Assembly: GCA_016792665.1 (NCBI GenBank)
Contig: JAEUKJ010000340.1
Span: 28,880 to 92,879, forward strand
Direction of reading: 5' to 3'
DNA: 64,000 nt
DNA from: Deltaproteobacteria bacterium
GTDB lineage: Bacteria; Myxococcota_A; UBA9042; PHBI01
Shown: positions 1 through 8,987 of the stretch, piece after piece
How positions within the stretch are numbered: the first letter of the stretch is position 1
Layout: each line of letters starts with the position of its first letter
Made by a program: the position numbers and the translations under genes
The notes under the pieces: generated by a model
The model's input: the letters and a program-made list of their open reading frames with translations, nothing else
What the model was told of the DNA's origin: nothing
The model's database searches: none

Positions 1-587
1 GGCGTGTGGCCTCCCCACCGGTCGCCGCACCGGCGTCGCGACGCAGCACGCGGCTCGTCGGGAGTGCGCGCGGGCTCCTCGTCCTCGAGCTCGGCGAGGA
101 CCTGGCGCTGGTGGACCCGCAGGCCGCGGTCGAGTTGATGACCCTCCAGGCGTTGGAGGCGCGGCCGGTGGCACAGCCGCTGCTCCTGCCGGCGCGGCTC
201 GATCTCGCGCCGAGCGAGGCGCGGGCCGTGCTTGCGCGATGCGCCGACTTCGCGGCCATGGGGCTCGAGATCGAACCCTTCGGAGGGCCGACCTTCCAGC
301 TCCTGGCCCTGCCCGAAGCGGCACTCGGGGCGAGCCCGACGACCCTCCTCGGCGAGCTCGCGCGGCTCTTGGGGCGACGCCCCGACGCGAGCGAGCTCGA
401 GCTCCGTCGCGCGGTCGCCAAGGTCACCGCGATGGGAGTGCGCACGCCGCTCGATCCGCGCCTCATCGACCGGATCGTCGCCTGGGCCGAGTCCGCCTCG
501 GTCGACGCGCGCGACCATCGGGGGCGACGCGCGTTGCTCCTCCTGAGCGCCGGCGAGATCGCGCGGAGGCTCGGCGATGGCGGCTGA
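1..587 (+). CDS. mutL: DNA mismatch repair protein MutL, C-terminal dimerisation domain (5'-partial; the gene starts upstream of the window)
   Basis: ORF 6..587 reads in frame. The motif MGLEIEPFGGPTFQLLALPEA matches the MutL C-terminal domain (E. coli LGFELEPFGPNTLAVRAVPA). It is followed directly by miaA, as in the conserved mutL-miaA arrangement, and the two genes overlap by 11 bp. Confidence 0.8.
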   Translation, partial: RVASPPVAAPASRRSTRLVGSARGLLVLELGEDLALVDPQAAVELMTLQALEARPVAQPLLLPARLDLAPSEARAVLARCADFAAMGLEIEPFGGPTFQLLALPEAALGASPTTLLGELARLLGRRPDASELELRRAVAKVTAMGVRTPLDPRLIDRIVAWAESASVDARDHRGRRALLLLSAGEIARRLGDGG

Positions 588-1467
588 GCGGCTGCCGCTG
601 CTGGTCATCGTCGGTCCGACGGCCGCCGGCAAGAGTGCCCTGGCGATGACACGCGCACAGGCGAGCAGCTCCGAGATCGTGAGCGCCGACTCGGTCCAGG
701 TCTATCGCGGCCTCGATATCGGTTCGGCCAAGCCCACCGCGGCCGAGCGCGAGGCCGTCCCGCACCACGGCCTCGACCTCTGGAACCCCAGCGAGCAGGC
801 CAACGCGGGCGCCTGGGTGGCGGCCGTGGAGCCCGTCCTCCAGCGCCTCCATGCAGAGGGGCGCGTGCCGGTCGTTTGCGGTGGCACCGGCCTCTGGGTG
901 CGGGCGCTGCTCGAGGGGCTGGCCGAGGTGCCCGAGGTGCCGAGCGAGGTGCGGGACGCCGTGCGAGGACGCCTCGAGCAAGAGGGCGCGCCCGCCCTGC
1001 ATGCGGCTCTCACCAAGGTCGACCCGCGCAGCGCGGCCAAGATCTCGCCTGGCGACAGCCAACGCGTCAGCCGCGCCTTCGAGGTGTATCTTGCGACCGG
1101 GACGCCGCTGTCGTCGTTCCAGGACTCCCATCGCCAACGTCTCGCCGCTGACGGGCGTCGCTATGCGGCGCACCTCGTCGGCGTCTTCCCTGAGCGCGGG
1201 ACCCTCGAACAGCGCATCGCCGAGCGAGCGGCGCGCATGGTCGACGAGGGTCTCGTGGACGAGGTCCGCGGGCTCCTCGGGCGCGGCGTGCCGAGCTCGG
1301 CGCCGGCCCTGCAGACGCTGGGCTACCGCGAGATCGTCCAGGCGCTCGAGGACGGGCTCCCCGCGCGCGACGTGCTCGTTCGACGCCTGGCGACCGCGCA
1401 TCGACGCTACGCCAAGCGGCAGCTCACCTGGTGGCGGGACGTCACGTTCGACGAGCGCGTGGGCTGA
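577..1467 (+). CDS. miaA: tRNA dimethylallyltransferase (tRNA isopentenyltransferase)
   Basis: 296 aa. P-loop GPTAAGKS, DSVQVYRGLDIGSAKP, HHGLD and GGTGLW motifs are typical of MiaA. Downstream of mutL. Confidence 0.92.
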   Translation: MAAERLPLLVIVGPTAAGKSALAMTRAQASSSEIVSADSVQVYRGLDIGSAKPTAAEREAVPHHGLDLWNPSEQANAGAWVAAVEPVLQRLHAEGRVPVVCGGTGLWVRALLEGLAEVPEVPSEVRDAVRGRLEQEGAPALHAALTKVDPRSAAKISPGDSQRVSRAFEVYLATGTPLSSFQDSHRQRLAADGRRYAAHLVGVFPERGTLEQRIAERAARMVDEGLVDEVRGLLGRGVPSSAPALQTLGYREIVQALEDGLPARDVLVRRLATAHRRYAKRQLTWWRDVTFDERVG

Positions 1468-1646
1468 AGCGGCAGGCGTCGCCCGCCCCGTGGCTATTAC
1501 CTCGTCCTTTCAATACCTTACGACTCACCCTAAAGACGCGCGCGAGTTGCGCCCCGGCGTCGAACGTGGCAATCTACCGGCGTCTCGGGATTCGACAATC
1601 GTCTTGCACTTCGCGCCGCGCGCGTGAGTGGGGGAGAGTTCCGAGC

Positions 1647-1653
1647 AGGAGGA
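1647..1653 (+). promoter_or_regulatory. Shine-Dalgarno sequence AGGAGGA, 4 nt upstream of the ATG at 1658
   Basis: Direct read of gcaggaggaagcgATG. The preceding 1470-1627 stretch is distinctly AT-richer than the window and contains TTGCAC at about 1604; it is a probable promoter region. Confidence 0.45.
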
Positions 1654-1657
1654 AGCG

Positions 1658-2311
1658 ATGCCACTCGATACGGCGACCAAGAAGACCCTCGAGGCCACCG
1701 AGGCGGCCAAGAAGGCCGACAAGAAAGAAGACAAGACCAAGAAGTTGGTCAAGCCCGGCGACGACTTCGCGCAGGGTGCGGCGGCGCTCAAGCCGAAGAC
1801 CGACAACAAGAAGAAGGACGCCGACAAGAAGGCGACGCCCGAGGTCAAGGCCGCCAAGAAAGAGGCGGTGAAGAAGGAACCCGCCAAGCCTGAGCAGGCC
1901 GCGAAGAAGATCGTCGAGAAGAAGGACGATCCGAAGCTCAGCAAGAACGCGCTGCACGACGCGACCGTCGCCTCGCTGAACGCCGCGAAGTTCAACGAGA
2001 AAGAGCTCAAGCACTGGATCGCGACCTGCTCGGACATGCTCAAGCAGGCCGACAAGGACCAGGTCCAGGATCTCCAGGGCTGCATCGCGCGCTTCACCCA
2101 GGCGATCGAGGCCATGAAGACCTCGAAGGGCCTGGACGAGAAGGTCCTGGCGAAGTTCGTGGCCGACGCGAACGCCAAGGACCTCGACGCCGCGGCCGCC
2201 AAGGAGCTGATCGAGGAGGGCGAGGATCTCCTCCCGCAGGCTTCGAAGAGCCAGCTCGGCAGCCTGAAGAAGGCCATCGACAAGCTGCACAGCAACGCTG
2301 GCGCGTCCTGA
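1658..2311 (+). CDS. Lys/Ala-rich histone-H1-like hypothetical protein (217 aa)
   Basis: The ORF track lists 1628..2311, but the ATG at 1658 has a strong RBS. The N-terminal 90 aa are KKA/KKE/AKK repeats, very basic and low complexity. The C-terminal ~130 aa are predicted helical with two Cys. Codon usage is AAG-rich and atypical for the window. Its own terminator follows. Confidence 0.6.
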   Translation: MPLDTATKKTLEATEAAKKADKKEDKTKKLVKPGDDFAQGAAALKPKTDNKKKDADKKATPEVKAAKKEAVKKEPAKPEQAAKKIVEKKDDPKLSKNALHDATVASLNAAKFNEKELKHWIATCSDMLKQADKDQVQDLQGCIARFTQAIEAMKTSKGLDEKVLAKFVADANAKDLDAAAAKELIEEGEDLLPQASKSQLGSLKKAIDKLHSNAGAS

Positions 2312-2365
2312 TCGAGAGGTGCCGAGAGGCCCGATCCCAGGCGCAATCGTAGCGTTCGACCCCAA

Positions 2366-2397
2366 GCCCCGGTGCATCCCACCGGGGCTTTCTCGTT
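2366..2397 (+). terminator. Rho-independent terminator (9-bp GC stem GCCCCGGUG/CACCGGGGC, loop CAUCC, then UUUCUCGUU)
   Basis: Seen directly, 55 nt after the stop at 2311. It lies between the convergent genes ending at 2311 (+) and 2439 (-). Confidence 0.5.
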
Positions 2398-2438
2398 CCT
2401 CGGGCAGCCTCGCTCCGCGGGGGCGATCCTGGGCGGGT

Positions 2439-2816
2439 TCAGCCCTCGTTCAGCATGCCGATGACCAGCGACACCGTGTTCGCGACGGTCGACGCGGTGA
2501 GCGCCAGGAGCGCGTTCGGCACGCGCTGCCACGGCCTGCGCCGGGGGAGGACGGCCCAGATGAGGGCCGCCTCGGCGAGGTAGATGACCGCTTCGAAGGC
2601 CCAGACCGAGGCATCGTAGTGGGCGAAGAAGTAGTCGGCCCAGTGCTCCCACGTGAGCCAGAAGATCGGGTGCGTCACGGCCTGGAGGGCCACGCCCATG
2701 GCGAGCGCCGGCCCGAGCCCGAGGCGCCCGCGCAAGAAGAGCGCGAAGATCGGGGCCTCGGCCAGGACGGTGGTGAGAAAGGCCGGCAGCCACAGGGCGA
2801 ACCAATCCGGGCTCAT
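2439..2816 (-). CDS. small integral membrane protein (125 aa, 3-4 TM), hypothetical
   Basis: Hydrophobic segments are present. Its ATG overlaps the stop of the upstream membrane-protein gene (ATGA at 2813-2816), making it the last gene of the amidase operon. Confidence 0.5.
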   Translation of the reverse strand: MSPDWFALWLPAFLTTVLAEAPIFALFLRGRLGLGPALAMGVALQAVTHPIFWLTWEHWADYFFAHYDASVWAFEAVIYLAEAALIWAVLPRRRPWQRVPNALLALTASTVANTVSLVIGMLNEG

Positions 2817-3976
2817 GAGCGCTCCGTGAGAGGCATGGCGGGCTGCGGGGAGACGCCGTGTCCACGACGCGCGACGAGCGCCGCGATGATGCCGAGCTCG
2901 AGCCAGCCGTGGGCCAGCGCGGCCAGCAGGTAGACGTTGCGCACCTGACCGGCGTCGAAGGCGAGCGCAGCCGCGGGGATGGCCAGGGTCAGGACCACGA
3001 GGAGACCAAAGCCGATGGCGCCGAAGTCGCCGCGCACGCGCGCGAGTGAGCGCTCGAAGGTCGGCGGGGCGACACGCGGATCGAAGCGCTGCGGGATGAG
3101 GCGGAGCCAGATCGCGTAGTGCAGCGACTGTGCGAAGGCGTAGGTCGCGACCAGGCGCAGCGCGAGGTCGAGCTCGAGGCCCGGCGCGAGCGTGTCGGCC
3201 ATCTCGATGAGGCCGAAGTGGCCGACGTCGCCTTGGCTCGCGTGGTCGAGGAGGACCCCATCGAGCGCGCCCGAGAGCGGCAGCGCGAGCACCGCCAGGT
3301 AGCTGCCGGCGATGAGGAAGAGCGCGCGGCGCGAGACCTCGACGCGGAAGAGCCAGAGCCAGAGGCCGAAGGCCACGAAGTTGTGGACGTGCGCGATGAT
3401 GACCAGCGAGGTCCAGGGCGAGAGCAACGCGACCGCGGTGAGCGCCAGCACGACCGCGAAGGCCAGGCCCTTCTGGCGCGGATTGCCGCGCGGCGCGAGC
3501 GCGACCCCGCCCAGCATCGCCGCCGAGCCGAGGGCAATCTCGAGCTCGGCGTAGAACGGCGCCCCGAGCGTCGAGAGCACGCGCAAGAATGTCATCAGCA
3601 GAAGCGGCCCGAGGAGCAGGACGAGCCCGCGCCGACCCAGCGGCAGCGGCGGGCGCACGAGCAGGTAGCGGATATCGCTGGCGACGTGCGGGACTCCGAG
3701 GACGAGCGGCCCGAGGAGGAGCAGCCAGACCGGGGCGAGGACTGTCAGCGTGAGGGCCACGGCCATGTGGCCGAGCGCGAGAGTGGTGAGTCGGAGGCCG
3801 CGGTGGCGGATGCAGGCGCGTCCGAAGGCGGTCTTGGCGGAGAGGCGCCAGATCGGGCGCCGGACCGCATCGAACGGGGCCGCGAGCCAGGTGATGAGCG
3901 GCGAGCGGCGCGGCGCGGGCTCACCCGCGGGCGGGCGATCGTCCCAGGGCAGGATGCGGGTCGCGGGCGCCGTCAT
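2813..3976 (-). CDS. polytopic membrane protein (~387 aa, >=8 TM), hypothetical
   Basis: ORF 2813..4066. The ATG at 3976 (MTAPATRIL) forms an ATGA overlap with the amidase stop, which argues for that start. Multiple hydrophobic helices; HVHNFVAFG segment. Function unknown. Confidence 0.6.
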   Translation of the reverse strand: MTAPATRILPWDDRPPAGEPAPRRSPLITWLAAPFDAVRRPIWRLSAKTAFGRACIRHRGLRLTTLALGHMAVALTLTVLAPVWLLLLGPLVLGVPHVASDIRYLLVRPPLPLGRRGLVLLLGPLLLMTFLRVLSTLGAPFYAELEIALGSAAMLGGVALAPRGNPRQKGLAFAVVLALTAVALLSPWTSLVIIAHVHNFVAFGLWLWLFRVEVSRRALFLIAGSYLAVLALPLSGALDGVLLDHASQGDVGHFGLIEMADTLAPGLELDLALRLVATYAFAQSLHYAIWLRLIPQRFDPRVAPPTFERSLARVRGDFGAIGFGLLVVLTLAIPAAALAFDAGQVRNVYLLAALAHGWLELGIIAALVARRGHGVSPQPAMPLTERS

Positions 3977-6900
3977 CGGGCGCCTCCAGAACGCATGCGC
4001 CGAACCACGCGCCAGAGAGAGAGCCAGACCACGAGCTGCGAGACGAGCATGGAGACAGAGACGCACGAGCCGTCGAAACGCGAAGCGGCGCAGCCGTCGG
4101 TCTCGCGCACGCGCCCCGACAAGGTCCGCGTCGGGCGGCCCGGGGTCGCATTGCTTGCGGTGTCGGTGCCGTCGACGACCTCGACGTCGGGCTCGGGGGT
4201 CGGCTCGACCTGCTCGGGTCCGGGATCGGGGTCCGGGTCTCCGCAGGCGAGATCCGCCCAGGTGTCACGGCCCGGCAGGTCGGCGAGCAGGCTCGTCACC
4301 AGCGCGTTGCGTGCCTCGTCGGGATAGAGGGCCTCCAGCGGCACGCCGAAGACGAGCGCGGTGGCGCCGTCGGGGCGCGCGAAGCGAAGGCCGGCCGTGC
4401 CACCGAGGCCACCGGCATAGCTCGCGATGGGGGTCGCGCCCGCGACCGGCGTGAGCACGTCGGGGAAGGCGACGTCGTACGCGTGCGTGCCGTCGTCGAT
4501 GGCGAGCTGGGCGCCGTCGTGAGTGATGGCGTAGGTTCCCGCGCTGTCCGCGCCATAGGCGGCGCCGAGGCCGGCGAGGAAGGCGCGGTCCGAGGCCGAG
4601 CCCTTGAAGTCGAGGTCCCAGGCGAGCTCGGCACCTGACAAGAGCAGCGCGCGTCCCGGGCCGAGCCATGCGGAGAGGAGCCCCTGCTCGAGGTCGGAGA
4701 GCGTCTCGTCGACGGTGGACTCCTCGCCGAGGGCCCAGTCGACCAGGCCATAGGGGTCGAGCGCGACGGCCCGCGACGCGACCGCGGTCGCTTCCGCGGA
4801 GTCGAAGGCGAGCCCCGCCGCGGCCAGCGCGAAGGCATGCGGCACGAGCGCATCGAAGCGGTTCATCGCGTCCAGCCGCATGCGCAAGACCGTCCCGAGG
4901 TCGTAGGCCGAGAGGTCGTCCTGCGGCGCAAGGCCGGAGTCGAGCCGATAGAAGCCGTGGACCAACAGGGCGCGCGGGCGCGTCGTGCTGCAGGCGGGCA
5001 GGACCGCGACGACCGGGGTCGACAGCGACTCGCCGCCGGCGTTGACGGCCGTGACGCGGAAGAAGGTCGGCGCGTCGGGCGCGAGGTCGGTCAGCGCGAG
5101 GACGGGGTCGACGGTCTCGGTACCGTCGTCGAAGGCCCGGCCATCCTGGCTTCGATAGACGCGGAAGGCGCTGGCGAGGTCACCGCCGCCTTCGCGATCG
5201 GTGTCGGCGGCCCGCCACGTGAGCCGCGCCTCGCCGGGCCCGGTGCCGACCACCGCGAGCTCGCGGGGAGGCTCGGGCAGGAGGCGCACGGGCTGGCCGT
5301 CGCGGTCCGCGAAGTAGCGCACGAGGCCCTGGTAGAACGCGCGCGCGGCGACCTGGCGCATGCGTGGCTCTTTCAATTGGGCGGCGTCCGACGCGGTCGC
5401 GTGGAAGGCGACCTCGCAGAGGACTGACGGCATCTCGGGGTTGTGGTTCTTGTTCAGCTCGCCGAAGTAGGCCGAGTACACGCCGCGGTCGCGCCAGGTC
5501 GGATCGACGGCGGCGCGCAGGTCGGCGACGACCTCGTCGTGGACGAAGCGCGCGAGCTTGTCGCTGCCGGCGACGCCCGTGAAGTCGTAGGTCCCGTCGG
5601 GCGGGTTCGGTCCATAGACGTACGTCGAAGTACCGACGCCGGGTGAGGGCGCGTTGGTGTGCCAGGCCAGGTAGACCGCGTCCTCGCCGGCCTCGTTCTG
5701 CCAGGCCGCGTAGCGCGAGCGCGAGCCGACGTCGTCGCTGCGCTCGTCGGCCGTGTAGCGATAGACCGACTGCGGGGCGCCGGTGAACTGGATGTGGTAG
5801 CGGGCGTTCTCTTCCCAGCGCGGGCGGCCCGAGAGTGGCGAGGACGCGGGGCCCGAGCCGTTGCCGCGCGCGGCGTCGCCCATGCCGCCGCCCACGCGGA
5901 TCGCGTCGGCGCTGAGGGTCGCAGCGGCGCTGGCAGCATCGTTCCAGAGCTCGACGCGGCCCCCCGTCGCGAAGCGGAAGCGGCCGAGCGCGAACCAGGT
6001 CCCCCCATGGCGGCGCTGGTTCACGCGCACGTGCGAGGCTCCGCCGTCGTGGAAGACGACATAGTGCGCGTCGGTGGCACGCGAGGGGTCGGCGACCCAC
6101 GCGGCGTAGACCGTGTAGTCGGATCCGCGCGGCACTTCGAACGAGAACGTCGCCTTCGCGGTCGGTTCGCCGAGGGTCGCGTCGACCACGCGGCTCGCCC
6201 CGAGCGCGAAGGGATTCTCGCCTTCGACAAGTGGCGCCAGGCCGCCGCGATAGCCGCTCCCGAGGTCGCGCCAGGCCCCTGTTTCGCCATAGGTTCCGAC
6301 ACCTTCCCCGCGAGTGGCGCCCGCCGTGTCGGCGTCGACGATGACCATCGCGCGCTGGAGGTCGCGCTCGCGGACCGTGAAGACGGTGGCACCCGCGTTC
6401 TCGAGGTAGGTCACGAGAAGCTGATCGATCACCTCGGCCGAGACGAGGTCCTCGACGATGCCGTTGGTGTTGCCGCGCTGGGTCGCCCAGCGACCGAGCT
6501 CGGGCGTCCACGAGAACCCGTGCCCCGCCGACAGATAGACGACCTTGCCGCGCAGCGCGCCGTCGCGACGACGTCCGGGCTCGGCCGCGATGACGGCCTT
6601 GCCGACGCGTGGCGGCGCGACCGCGGGTCCGGCGCGAGGGTCCTCGTAGGGTCGTCGCGGCACCGGAGACACGGGCGGTAGCAGCGCCGCGAGCGGCACC
6701 CACGCGCCGGCCTGCGACACCCAGGGCAGGACGGAGCGGACCTCGAGCCCGGCTTCGTCGGCATCGCTCAGCGCCGCGCGCACGAGCGCTTCGAGGCCCT
6801 CCTCGGTGACAGCGGCCTCACCCGCAAACACGAGGTAGAGGTCGAGGCGCTCGCCGTCGAGCTCCGACGCGATGACCGTCGCGCCATCGGGCAGCGCCCA

Positions 6901-7038
6901 CGCGAGGGGTGGCGCCGGGGCGTGCGACCACGCAGGCGCGGCAAGCAACGTCGCCGTGACGAGGGCAAGGAGCTGCGCAGAGGCTTTCACGGGCGCGAAC
7001 ACGCGCCGAAGCTCACACGGAACCGCGGCTCGACGCAA
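3973..7038 (-). CDS. secreted N-acetylmuramoyl-L-alanine amidase (Amidase_3 with a large insert) plus fibronectin type III domain plus C-terminal extension ending in a Cys/TM/Arg tail (MYXO-CTERM-like)
   Basis: 1021 aa. Signal peptide ASAQLLALVTATLLAAPAWSHA. Amidase_3 halves GKVVYLSAGHGF...TVFTVRERD and NKNHNPEMPSVLCEVAFHATASDAAQL. FN3 segment GEARLTWRA...FRVYRS...FFRVTAVNAGGES. C-terminal tail GCAASRFDGSCVSVSMLVSQLVVWLSLWRVVRRMR. Confidence 0.8.
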   Translation of the reverse strand: MRRAAVPCELRRVFAPVKASAQLLALVTATLLAAPAWSHAPAPPLAWALPDGATVIASELDGERLDLYLVFAGEAAVTEEGLEALVRAALSDADEAGLEVRSVLPWVSQAGAWVPLAALLPPVSPVPRRPYEDPRAGPAVAPPRVGKAVIAAEPGRRRDGALRGKVVYLSAGHGFSWTPELGRWATQRGNTNGIVEDLVSAEVIDQLLVTYLENAGATVFTVRERDLQRAMVIVDADTAGATRGEGVGTYGETGAWRDLGSGYRGGLAPLVEGENPFALGASRVVDATLGEPTAKATFSFEVPRGSDYTVYAAWVADPSRATDAHYVVFHDGGASHVRVNQRRHGGTWFALGRFRFATGGRVELWNDAASAAATLSADAIRVGGGMGDAARGNGSGPASSPLSGRPRWEENARYHIQFTGAPQSVYRYTADERSDDVGSRSRYAAWQNEAGEDAVYLAWHTNAPSPGVGTSTYVYGPNPPDGTYDFTGVAGSDKLARFVHDEVVADLRAAVDPTWRDRGVYSAYFGELNKNHNPEMPSVLCEVAFHATASDAAQLKEPRMRQVAARAFYQGLVRYFADRDGQPVRLLPEPPRELAVVGTGPGEARLTWRAADTDREGGGDLASAFRVYRSQDGRAFDDGTETVDPVLALTDLAPDAPTFFRVTAVNAGGESLSTPVVAVLPACSTTRPRALLVHGFYRLDSGLAPQDDLSAYDLGTVLRMRLDAMNRFDALVPHAFALAAAGLAFDSAEATAVASRAVALDPYGLVDWALGEESTVDETLSDLEQGLLSAWLGPGRALLLSGAELAWDLDFKGSASDRAFLAGLGAAYGADSAGTYAITHDGAQLAIDDGTHAYDVAFPDVLTPVAGATPIASYAGGLGGTAGLRFARPDGATALVFGVPLEALYPDEARNALVTSLLADLPGRDTWADLACGDPDPDPGPEQVEPTPEPDVEVVDGTDTASNATPGRPTRTLSGRVRETDGCAASRFDGSCVSVSMLVSQLVVWLSLWRVVRRMRSGGAR

Positions 7039-7252
7039 AGGCAGCGCGCGGCGGACGGACTTTTGAGCATTGGCGGCCGCGAACGCGAATACCGAGCGCC
7101 CGCTCGTTGCGCACCGTCACCGCGCCTGCGCAGCCGAGCAAAATCAGAATGTTGCAGCGTCTTCACGCGATGGCACGCGTCTTGAGTGCTTCGGCTGGCA
7201 GCGTCCCGGCGCGCCCCCCAACACGGCGCGCCAACGCGAAAGGAGTCCTCCG
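7039..7252. promoter_or_regulatory. divergent promoter region between the amidase operon (-) and the gtrA/GT2 genes (+)
   Basis: 214-bp non-coding gap with a locally AT-richer stretch (caaaatcagaatgttgcagcgtcttcacg). A GAAAGGAG RBS precedes the ATG at 7253. Confidence 0.35.
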
Positions 7253-7693
7253 ATGAATGCGATCCCCGAGTCCAACCTCCCGAGCCTCCGCCCCCTGAAG
7301 GGCACCCTCAAGCGCAGCGCCGTGGTCGGCGTCGTCGCGACCCTGGTCGACCTGCTCATGCTCTGGCTCCTCATCGGAGGAGCACACGTGTCCCCTGCCC
7401 TGGCCAACGTGCCGGCGCTGAGCCTCGGCCTCCTCATCCAGTTCATCGGCAACAAGTACTGGGCCTTCCGCGACCACTCGGACCGCATCGGTCGGCAGGG
7501 CGCAGCCTTCCTCCTGGTCGAGATCGTCGCCTTCGCGCTGAACGCCGGCTTCTTCCACATCCTCGCGGTCGGCCTCGCCGTGACCCCGCTGCTCGCCCGC
7601 GTCATCGCCTCGGCGGTCGTCTACTTCGGCTTCAGCTACCGCTTCTGGGGCCAGATCTTCCACCCCACCGCGCCGCCGACCGCGCGCGCCTGA
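7253..7693 (+). CDS. GtrA-family membrane protein (polysaccharide/glycolipid synthesis and translocation)
   Basis: ORF 7070..7693. The internal ATG at 7253 has an AAAGGAG RBS. About 146 aa with 4 TM helices and the GtrA signature FIGNKYWAFRD. Confidence 0.75.
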   Translation: MNAIPESNLPSLRPLKGTLKRSAVVGVVATLVDLLMLWLLIGGAHVSPALANVPALSLGLLIQFIGNKYWAFRDHSDRIGRQGAAFLLVEIVAFALNAGFFHILAVGLAVTPLLARVIASAVVYFGFSYRFWGQIFHPTAPPTARA

Positions 7694-7760
7694 CACACGC
7701 CCACGCCTCTGCCAGCACCCCGATGCCGCCGCACGCGGCCTCACTGCCCGGAGACCTCGC

Positions 7761-8954
7761 ATGTTGTTCGCCGTGCTCCTCCTGCTCCCGCTGGTCCTCA
7801 CCGCTGCGTCCATCGCCTCGGTCTTTGCGCTCACCTCCCGCCGTCGCCGCGCGGCCCTCGCACGCGACCCGGCGTCCCTCCCGCCGGTCACCGTGCTGAA
7901 GCCGCTCTGCGGCGCGGATGACGACCTCGAGGCCAACCTCGAGACCTTCTTCCACCAGACCCACCCGCACTACGAGCTCGTCTTCGGCGTCGCCCAGGAC
8001 GCCGCCGCCCCTGGACGTCCCCAGACCCTCGACCCGGCCGTCGCGGTCGTGCATCGCCTCATGGCGCGCCACCCCGAGGTCCCTGCGCGTCTCATCCTCC
8101 ACGACGGCGCCCTCGGTCTGAACCCGAAGGTCGCCAACCTCCGCGCCATGCTCCCGACCGCGCGCCACGACCTCATCGTCATCAGCGACTCCAACATCGC
8201 CGTGCCGCAGGGCTGGCTCGCGAACCTCACAGCCGCCTTCACGAGCGACCCGGGCCACGGCCTCGTCCTGAATCCCTTCGTGGGCACCGGCGAGGAGACG
8301 CTCGGCGCCACGCTCGAGAACCTGCACCTGGCGGGCCCCATCGCCGGCAGCCTCGCGGTCTCGCACGAGCTCATGGCTCAAGCCGGTGTGGTCGGCAAGT
8401 CGGCGATGTTCTCACGCGCGGCCTTCGACGCCCTGGGCGGCTTCGAGAGCGTCTCGAGCGTGCTGGCCGAAGACTACGTCATGGGCCGGATGTTCGCCGA
8501 GGCTGGCTACAAGGTGCGCCTCGCCCCGACCCTGGTCGACAATGTCTGCGCGAAGACGACGGTCCGCCGCTTCTTCGCGCGCCAGCTCCGCTGGGGTCTC
8601 ATCCGCAGCCGCATCATGCCGCTGTCCTACCCCTTCGAGCCCCTCGCCTCGCCGATGTTCCCGGCCCTGCTCGCCCCCTTCGCGGGCGCGTACGCCGGGG
8701 CCGTGGTCACGCTCGCCGTCGCCGCCACACTGCTGCGCGATGGGCTCCAGTGGACGCGTCTCCGCGGTCCTCGAGGCCTCCTGGCCGCACTGCCGCTCGG
8801 CCCGCTGAAGGAGCTCTCGCTCATCGGTCTCTGGCTGGTCGCGCCCTTCTTCGGCAAGGTCTCCTGGCGCGGGAAGCAGTTCCGCGTCGCGACGGGGACG
8901 CGCCTCTACGCCGGTCGCGAGCGGCGCGAGCACCACGTCCTGGGCGTCCGCTGA
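7761..8954 (+). CDS. family-2 glycosyltransferase, ceramide glucosyltransferase (GT21)/HpnI-like
   Basis: 397 aa. N-terminal TM helix, then VTVLKPLCGADDDLEANLETFFHQTHPHYELVF, the typical start of the GT21/HpnI catalytic domain. Also D-x-D-like ISDSN, QLRWG and C-terminal TM helices. Confidence 0.8.
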   Translation: MLFAVLLLLPLVLTAASIASVFALTSRRRRAALARDPASLPPVTVLKPLCGADDDLEANLETFFHQTHPHYELVFGVAQDAAAPGRPQTLDPAVAVVHRLMARHPEVPARLILHDGALGLNPKVANLRAMLPTARHDLIVISDSNIAVPQGWLANLTAAFTSDPGHGLVLNPFVGTGEETLGATLENLHLAGPIAGSLAVSHELMAQAGVVGKSAMFSRAAFDALGGFESVSSVLAEDYVMGRMFAEAGYKVRLAPTLVDNVCAKTTVRRFFARQLRWGLIRSRIMPLSYPFEPLASPMFPALLAPFAGAYAGAVVTLAVAATLLRDGLQWTRLRGPRGLLAALPLGPLKELSLIGLWLVAPFFGKVSWRGKQFRVATGTRLYAGRERREHHVLGVR

Positions 8955-8987
8955 GGCGCTGCTTCTGGCTCGCGCTCGCGGGTCACC

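Noticed and set aside
1468-1627. tRNA gene or sigma-54 promoter in the miaA-downstream spacer (GGGATTCGA, TGGCAA...)
   Set aside because: There is no acceptor stem or T-arm complementarity for a tRNA, and the -24/-12 spacing is wrong for sigma-54. Only a generic AT-richer promoter region is proposed.
2439-3976. The two membrane proteins downstream of the MYXO-CTERM-like amidase as a CPBP/myxosortase
   Set aside because: The diagnostic EExxxR, FxxxH and HxxxN motifs are not convincingly present (only weak EAPIFALFLRG and FFAH resemblances). Kept as a low-confidence hypothesis inside a finding, not as a feature call.
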